In this document: positions 58,821-64,000 of the stretch, piece after piece
Layout of the letters: every line of letters begins with the position of its first letter
Position numbering within the stretch: the stretch's first letter is position 1
Source: a plasmid
Direction: 5' to 3' (one strand)
DNA: 64,000 bases
Sequence record: NZ_CP109675.1
Notes under the pieces: model-generated
The model's input: only the letters and a program-made list of their open reading frames with translations
The model's database searches: none
What the model was told of the DNA's origin: nothing
Position numbers and translations under genes: made by a program

Positions 58821-59024
58821 ATGAACATTCCTAAACAGACACTGGTTTTATCTATTGCAGGTTGCTCACTTCAGTTATTCTTTATTTTCGCTTCTTTCAT
58901 AGGTGCTGATGATAGTTTTGCTGTCTTCTGGACATCATGCGGCTTTGCCTATGTATTGCTTGCGTTCCATGTAGTCACGGGCGTTGTCGCTTGTTATGAC
59001 ATAAAACATCCTCTAAAAGTTTAA
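58821..59024 (+). CDS. small two-TM membrane protein, hypothetical (pnd-locus position)
   Basis: 67 aa. Good RBS gggggcagagaATG. Two hydrophobic segments. AT-rich. Confidence 0.4.
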   Translation: MNIPKQTLVLSIAGCSLQLFFIFASFIGADDSFAVFWTSCGFAYVLLAFHVVTGVVACYDIKHPLKV

Positions 59025-59052
59025 AAGGCCGCATTTGCGGCCTTTTTTATTT
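59024..59052. terminator. bidirectional rho-independent terminator between the small ORF and nikB
   Basis: aaaaggccgc-attt-gcggcctttttt. Near-identical stem to the terminator at 58691. Confidence 0.7.
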
Positions 59053-59090
59053 CTTATCTGCGGGCTAAATTCCATCTGGTCCCCGAATGC

Positions 59091-61790
59091 TTATAACGGT
59101 GAAGGTGGTTTCCAGTTTGGTCCTGACTCATTGCGCACAGCTTCTGTATTACTCCCCTGATTCGTCATTTCAGCAAAGCGCATCTCGCTTTCAACACGCA
59201 CCTGGTCGACCTCCGGTCGCGAGATCTGGTATTCACCTTCATCACGGTGGTTCACATTGTGCCATGCCACCATTTTGGCAAAAGCTGTATTGAACTGTTC
59301 ATTATTCCCTTCCGGAGCCATCGCGACGCTCGGAGAACGGCTGAAGAGAACCGGCGCGACTTTGACCATATCCCGCTTAAGCGCATCGTAATCGCCACTG
59401 TTCCGGAAAATAACCCTGTCGCCATAGTCGGTACAAATATGGCGGCCTGTCTCCGGATCGCGGAACTGGACGCGACCGTTCTTCTTCAGTGAAGCCCGCA
59501 GGCCAGGAACACCGGAATACATCGGCGTTCCGCCTGGCTCACAGATAACGACACATCGGTTGTCTGTTGTAGATTTCACCGCATTACCACGACGATCCCT
59601 GTAATCCCATCCTCTCAGCTGCGATATCGCAGCCTTGTCACCTTTCACCGCTTCAGCTTCAACCCACTGCCGGTAAGACGGCGGATACCATTTCCCCTGC
59701 CCGATAAGCTCAGCTCGTTCAGCCTTCATGGTTTCTTTCAGCGCAATCAGTGCCTGCATGCGCTGAAGCTCTGCAATATGATAATGCAGCTTCCTCACCA
59801 GAGGGTCACGATGTTCGATACGGATGCGCGCTTTACGTATCCTGCATTCGTCATGAATCGCCTGGTAACGTTCACGGCCATGCAAATCAGGGCGCTGCCA
59901 GTTAGCCCGCCAGGCTGCATAACGGGCTTTCAGATCTTCTCGCGCAGCTGCGCGCGCTTCGCGACGCTGGCGACGCAATTCAGGATCACGCTTCATACCC
60001 GGAATATCGCGGTCGCTCACGGCCAGTTCCGGATTGTAACGGCTGGCCGGCTTAACACGTTCAAAGATGTCTGCCGGCACCGAAACAAACGAACCAGCAT
60101 GGGGTTCCGCACGCGCAAGCGTCAGATCAGGATGAACGTGGCTGGCCTTTACAGGGGTCTGTTCGTGATTGTAAGCGTCCATCACAACCAGGCCCTGCTG
60201 CTCGCGCATCAGCAACAGCCCCTGACGCGCCAGTAGCTCATGACAGCGTTCCCAGGTAAATTCACCACTACCGATAAGCGACTCAATGTCCTGACGGCAG
60301 TGTGAAACCGCATAGCCCCAGAGGCTTTCCTTATCAGAGAAAATCTCACGTTTCAGCGCCCCCTGCGGGCCCGAACCTGTTCGCAGTTTTCGCCATTCCC
60401 GGTCGGATACTGGGGTGGCTTCCAGACTGCCGCCGGTGAACTGTTCCGCAGGGGGAACCTGCTGGAAAATGTCTTTCGGTACCGGCTGCCAGCCTCCTTT
60501 ATACGAGTCCAGAATAGCCTTCGTTAGCGCAGGCCACACACGTTCCGCCCTGACAGGTGTACGCGTTGAGTCATACCCGTCACAGATAACCAGACGGTCA
60601 TGCTGTTCTTTCAGATACAGTCCAGACTGTGCCAGAAGCGTATGCACTGACTGTATGGTTCGCTGCGTTGGATCCTGATCAAGTGCAATCAGCGGCGCCC
60701 GTAAACGTGCGATCGCATAGTCCGATAAGGATTCTTTCTCTGTCATCCGTTCAGGGCGAGACGGCATAATAATCTTGTCTGGTTCATAGCGGCCGACAGC
60801 CGGAACTTGCGAGAAAATGTCCTGTACAGGAGGAACAAACTCACCCAGTTTACGAATAAGTTTATCGGTATCAAAGGCGTGTCCAAACGCAGAAAGCGTA
60901 ACGCCAGGACGTTCACTGTCCCAGCCATCCTTCACTTTTAGCTCGCCGCTCTCCTTTGTCAGGAACAGGCCTTCTTTCGCAAAACGCTGATGGAGAGAAG
61001 ACCAGTCGGTCACCGGTGACTCCCGTAAACCAGCTATTGCCGTGTCAGCGATATATTCTCTCAGGCTCTGATTACGGCCACGTTTCCAGGCACTTTGACG
61101 ATCGCGTTCAACAGAGGTACGACGAACAATACGATTATCAGGGGCAATCACATAGCAGCCATTGTCAGGTGAAAACCCATGTTTGAGCTCCAGTTCACGA
61201 CAGGCCTTACTCAGTTTTTCCTGGCTGTAAGCAAGACGGTTAAGATAACCAGTCTCCGGATGTACGCGATTTACAGCGATGTGAACGTGGAGGTTATCCG
61301 TGTCAGTGTGAACGGCAGCAACGAACTGATGGCCCGCTAAACCGAGACGGGAAAGTGTATGGCTGACCGAATCGTAAATCTGTTCAGGGCGCGGACTTTC
61401 GTGCGACTGCCAGCTCAGAATATAGTGGAATACAGGGTCGCTTTTGTTATGGGCAAACTTCGTTTTACGTGCGGAGAACTCCATTTCTTCAGCTGCACTT
61501 TCAATTGATGTGCAATTGTGGAAACAGGTCACACCGTAAAAATTCACCCATTCCCCGCCGTCAGGCATCACGTCAACCAGCGAGATAAACGACTCATCAC
61601 GCAGTTTAGTAGCGTAGTCAACCAGACGGGAAAAGCGGCTGCTGTGCGGCATTTCTGGCTTTGTTCCGGAAGCTCTAACGGCTTCCATTAAATCATCATC
61701 GCGCGGCTCATCACGAACAGAAACGTACGAAACCAGGTCCCCAAAGGAGGACTTGCCGTCTTGTCGTTTCGGTGGAATAACCGGGATCAT
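59091..61790 (-). CDS. nikB: NikB relaxase (MOBP family)
   Basis: 899 aa, the same length as R64 NikB. N-terminal relaxase domain with a conserved His-rich motif (HTDTDNLHVHIAVNRVHPETG). Adjacent to nikA and oriT. Confidence 0.9.
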   Translation of the reverse strand: MIPVIPPKRQDGKSSFGDLVSYVSVRDEPRDDDLMEAVRASGTKPEMPHSSRFSRLVDYATKLRDESFISLVDVMPDGGEWVNFYGVTCFHNCTSIESAAEEMEFSARKTKFAHNKSDPVFHYILSWQSHESPRPEQIYDSVSHTLSRLGLAGHQFVAAVHTDTDNLHVHIAVNRVHPETGYLNRLAYSQEKLSKACRELELKHGFSPDNGCYVIAPDNRIVRRTSVERDRQSAWKRGRNQSLREYIADTAIAGLRESPVTDWSSLHQRFAKEGLFLTKESGELKVKDGWDSERPGVTLSAFGHAFDTDKLIRKLGEFVPPVQDIFSQVPAVGRYEPDKIIMPSRPERMTEKESLSDYAIARLRAPLIALDQDPTQRTIQSVHTLLAQSGLYLKEQHDRLVICDGYDSTRTPVRAERVWPALTKAILDSYKGGWQPVPKDIFQQVPPAEQFTGGSLEATPVSDREWRKLRTGSGPQGALKREIFSDKESLWGYAVSHCRQDIESLIGSGEFTWERCHELLARQGLLLMREQQGLVVMDAYNHEQTPVKASHVHPDLTLARAEPHAGSFVSVPADIFERVKPASRYNPELAVSDRDIPGMKRDPELRRQRREARAAAREDLKARYAAWRANWQRPDLHGRERYQAIHDECRIRKARIRIEHRDPLVRKLHYHIAELQRMQALIALKETMKAERAELIGQGKWYPPSYRQWVEAEAVKGDKAAISQLRGWDYRDRRGNAVKSTTDNRCVVICEPGGTPMYSGVPGLRASLKKNGRVQFRDPETGRHICTDYGDRVIFRNSGDYDALKRDMVKVAPVLFSRSPSVAMAPEGNNEQFNTAFAKMVAWHNVNHRDEGEYQISRPEVDQVRVESEMRFAEMTNQGSNTEAVRNESGPNWKPPSPL

Positions 61791-61811
61791 GATGTTGTTC
61801 TTCTCTCCGTG

Positions 61812-62147
61812 CTAACCGTTGTTCATGAGTTTATTTCTGAGCGTGGTCGACAGTTCTGTTATTGCGACAAGGACCGTGGAGTATTCCTTATCACCCACTC
61901 GTTTCCCTTCAACAAAGAGATGCTTTTGCAGTCTCCCCAGCCTTAAAAGCTCGGTCATAAAGCTGTCGTCGATGAGTGAAATCATCTTTCTGTTCATCGC
62001 TGCGTTACGGATATAAGCCGATACGCTTTGCCCCACTGCTTCCGCTTTCTGTTCAATCTCTTCGATTTCATCCGGCGTGAATCTCAGGGTCTTGATTACG
62101 GTTTTCTGCCGTTTATCACTTCCCCTTCGGGATGCTTTGTCGCTCAT
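61812..62147 (-). CDS. nikA: NikA, RHH relaxosome accessory protein
   Basis: 111 aa (R64 NikA is 110). RBS aaggag. Lies immediately beside oriT. Confidence 0.85.
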   Translation of the reverse strand: MSDKASRRGSDKRQKTVIKTLRFTPDEIEEIEQKAEAVGQSVSAYIRNAAMNRKMISLIDDSFMTELLRLGRLQKHLFVEGKRVGDKEYSTVLVAITELSTTLRNKLMNNG

Positions 62148-62149
62148 GT

Positions 62150-62340
62150 GTGCTCCTTACTCGGGTGTCGGGGCGGAGCCCTGACCAGGTGGCATTTGTG
62201 ATATCGTGCGTGCGCGGTATTACAAATGCACATCCTGTCCCGTCTTTCGAGTCATTATACGCTTCGCTGGCTGTTTCGCCTAGTGGCGATTTGACGGCAT
62301 AGGCAGTGCGGAGCACTGCCACTTTTGAGTGGTCAATGTT
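62150..62340. promoter_or_regulatory. origin of transfer oriT (IncI1/RP4-type nick region)
   Basis: Imperfect inverted repeat gcatttgtgatat / attacaaatgc (62192-62229), then CATCCTG|TCCCG. The predicted nick lies between 62237 and 62238 on the + strand. A second inverted repeat ggcagtgcggagcactgcc sits at 62301-62319. Confidence 0.65.
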
Positions 62341-62377
62341 ATGATTTGGATGACAATATTCTGAAAGGGGTAAGAAG

Positions 62378-62686
62378 ATGAGTAAGAAGGCGTTTTATTC
62401 AGATGAAGATATCGAGCTAGCAAAGGTTACTCTGGCTGGTTTACCGGATCTGACACCTCAGCGCAAATCACAAAAGGAATTTCTGGATGCAATCCGTGAT
62501 GACCTGTTAGCACTGGTAAAAACCAAAGGTTACACGGTCTCAGACATTAAAGAGACACTAAAAACCACGGGGTATGAAATCAGTGAGAGAGCACTTCGTG
62601 AAATCGTTCGTGATGCTGATAAAAACAAACCAGCCCGTAAAAATCGCAGGTCGACGGCAGAAAATTCGTCATCACCAACGAAATAA
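62378..62686 (+). CDS. hypothetical small protein (first leading-region gene)
   Basis: 102 aa. RBS aaggggtaagaagATG. Basic C-terminus. No recognisable family. Confidence 0.5.
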   Translation: MSKKAFYSDEDIELAKVTLAGLPDLTPQRKSQKEFLDAIRDDLLALVKTKGYTVSDIKETLKTTGYEISERALREIVRDADKNKPARKNRRSTAENSSSPTK

Positions 62687-62777
62687 TTCCTGCATCCTGA
62701 AGATGTGATGTACTGAAATTTTTCTTACCAGGATGAAATATTTTTTCAGCCTGGTAAGAAGGGAGATGATATAGAAA

Positions 62778-63386
62778 TTACCATTCAAAGGTCGGAACGT
62801 CTGCCAGCATTTCTCCCCATGAAGTAAAATGAACCATGCTGATGTCAGCCTTTATCATGGCAGTGTAAATCACTATTCTCGCCGCTTTTGAAATACCATG
62901 ATGTTTCAGAATGAGAAGCGGATAACTGACGGCATCAACACGAATGATGTAACCCAGATCGGATTCATGGATCCATTCGCTTTCATACTCGGCGTGACAT
63001 AGTTCGCTCAGAATCTCGCTATCCCTCCGCGTAATATGGCTCAGACTACATTCCAGAACAGAACGCAAAACTTTGTGATTAAGTTCAGTACGCTGTCCCC
63101 ATCCGAGCGATGCAGTAACATCCTCCCATGTCCATTTAGGGTTATCAGGAACCTGAGCAGTAAGCTGTTTAAATGGCAAGCTAAGTGCCGTCGACAGGTT
63201 CAACCCTGATGCAATAATACGCGGATAAAGTTCACTGGCTGTACATGAGGAAATCAGTTCTCCATTCACAAAGAGAGCTTCATCACCGTTATCAAGACGG
63301 ATACAGGTGACGCCATGAGGCGCACGGGATATGTAGTGTGGCATGTTCCATTCCTTCCAAAAATGTGCCGGATAATACTCCGGCAC
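62778..63386 (-). CDS. hypothetical protein (leading region, T-strand-templated orientation)
   Basis: 202-aa ORF. No recognisable family. Confidence 0.5.
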   Translation of the reverse strand: MPEYYPAHFWKEWNMPHYISRAPHGVTCIRLDNGDEALFVNGELISSCTASELYPRIIASGLNLSTALSLPFKQLTAQVPDNPKWTWEDVTASLGWGQRTELNHKVLRSVLECSLSHITRRDSEILSELCHAEYESEWIHESDLGYIIRVDAVSYPLLILKHHGISKAARIVIYTAMIKADISMVHFTSWGEMLADVPTFEW

Positions 63387-63426
63387 TGTGTTATTAAATT
63401 ACCGCCCCGTTGCAGGGCGGTGGTTA

Positions 63427-63669
63427 TCAGGCGTACGCGCGGGAAAGCTCAAGCGTACTCAGGACGTGATCCCATTCAGCCCCGTTAAGTGCTGGAATAT
63501 GGATCGGTTTATGAATACGCCCGCAACGGACAAGTGATGTCCCCAGTTGTTTCAGATGTGGCGCGATAGCGTCTGGTTTCAACGTTTCGCGGATTTTCCG
63601 TGGATGACGGGTTTTAACCCGCTCCTTTACAAAGTATTCGCGACATGCGACGATGAACTGGTCTTTCAT
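63427..63669 (-). CDS. hypothetical small protein (leading region)
   Basis: 80 aa. RBS ggaggcactATG on the minus strand. Confidence 0.45.
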   Translation of the reverse strand: MKDQFIVACREYFVKERVKTRHPRKIRETLKPDAIAPHLKQLGTSLVRCGRIHKPIHIPALNGAEWDHVLSTLELSRAYA

Positions 63670-64000
63670 AGTGCCTCCTCAGAGTCATTGTGATAACGAG
63701 CTGTTACAGCAGCCCGTGTAAACAGGCAGGGCACCCGCCCTGCTTTTTTATTGCCAGTCTTCCGGCAATATCCTGCGCGTCTTACGACGCAAATCTTGCA
63801 GGCCATCCGGCCTTTTCTGCCGTCGTCCTTTTCCGTTTTCTTGCAATGAGGGAAATGCCTTCATTACGCTAATGCCCTGACAGGGTGACGATGGAAAGCA
63901 GGGGTGAAGGACAGATTATTTGGAGCCTGCGAGAAAAAATCTGGACGGAAAGCGTCAGCGTCCCTTGCTGAACAGAGGCGCTCTGTCAGAGTGCATAAGT

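Noticed and set aside
58821-59024. Possibility that the 67-aa membrane protein is a Hok/PndA toxin
   Set aside because: It lacks the single-TM plus SLCE(I/L)R signature and is about 17 aa too long. Kept only as a generic small membrane protein.
1-64000. CRISPR arrays, IS elements or transposases, integrons, tRNA or rRNA genes
   Set aside because: No regularly spaced direct repeats, no DDE or serine-recombinase ORFs other than Rci, no attI/attC-like sites, and no rRNA- or tRNA-like conserved strings were seen anywhere in the window.

Overview
This window reads as about 64 kb of a diverged I-complex (IncI1/R64-like) conjugative plasmid backbone, with gene order matching R64 almost gene for gene. 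It contains no IS elements or transposases, no CRISPR array, no tRNA or rRNA, and no clearly novel multi-gene system. The most interesting regions are the one-segment shufflon, the Phd-like ORF at the copB position, the NusG-paralog regulatory island, the twin-terminator small-ORF pair at the pnd position, and the first leading-region genes.

Reading 5'->3' on the + strand, the layout is:
- **1-9.5 kb, accessory block.** A LysR regulator, an operon for an MBL-fold hydrolase with an XRE-type regulator carrying transmembrane helices and a small membrane protein, a CSS-motif EAL c-di-GMP phosphodiesterase, and a LysE/RhtB exporter. An AT-rich islet follows with a secreted protein and a P-loop ATPase, then an MFS pump with a divergent AraC regulator.
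- **9.6-12.0 kb, replicon.** An IncFII/RepZ-family replicon on the minus strand. It has an ori with a DnaA box, repA, and a 34-aa leader peptide whose stop overlaps the repA GTG start. A CopA/Inc-like antisense RNA has its own promoter and terminator. An orphan Phd/YefM-like ORF sits at the copB position.
- **12.2-14.5 kb, regulatory island.** A low-GC island with two LuxR-type HTH proteins and a NusG/RfaH paralog.
- **14.6-29.2 kb, thin pilus.** A complete R64-type thin-pilus (type IVb) pil operon, pilL to pilV. It ends in a one-segment shufflon with perfect 19-bp inverted repeats and two alternative PilV C-termini, followed by the Rci recombinase.
- **29.8-58.3 kb, transfer genes.** A Dot/Icm-like type IVB tra set in R64 order: the traE/F/G-position genes, traH/I lipoproteins, the DotB-like TraJ, the IcmT-like TraK, the Sog primase, traL through traY, excA, and trbABC. 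TraY is the DotA-like protein and TrbC is the DotL-like coupling protein.
- **58.4-59.1 kb.** Two small ORFs, each ending in a near-identical terminator hairpin.
- **59.1-62.4 kb, relaxosome.** nikB and nikA on the minus strand, then oriT with an R64/RP4-like CATCCTG|T nick motif.
- **62.4-64.0 kb.** The start of the leading region.
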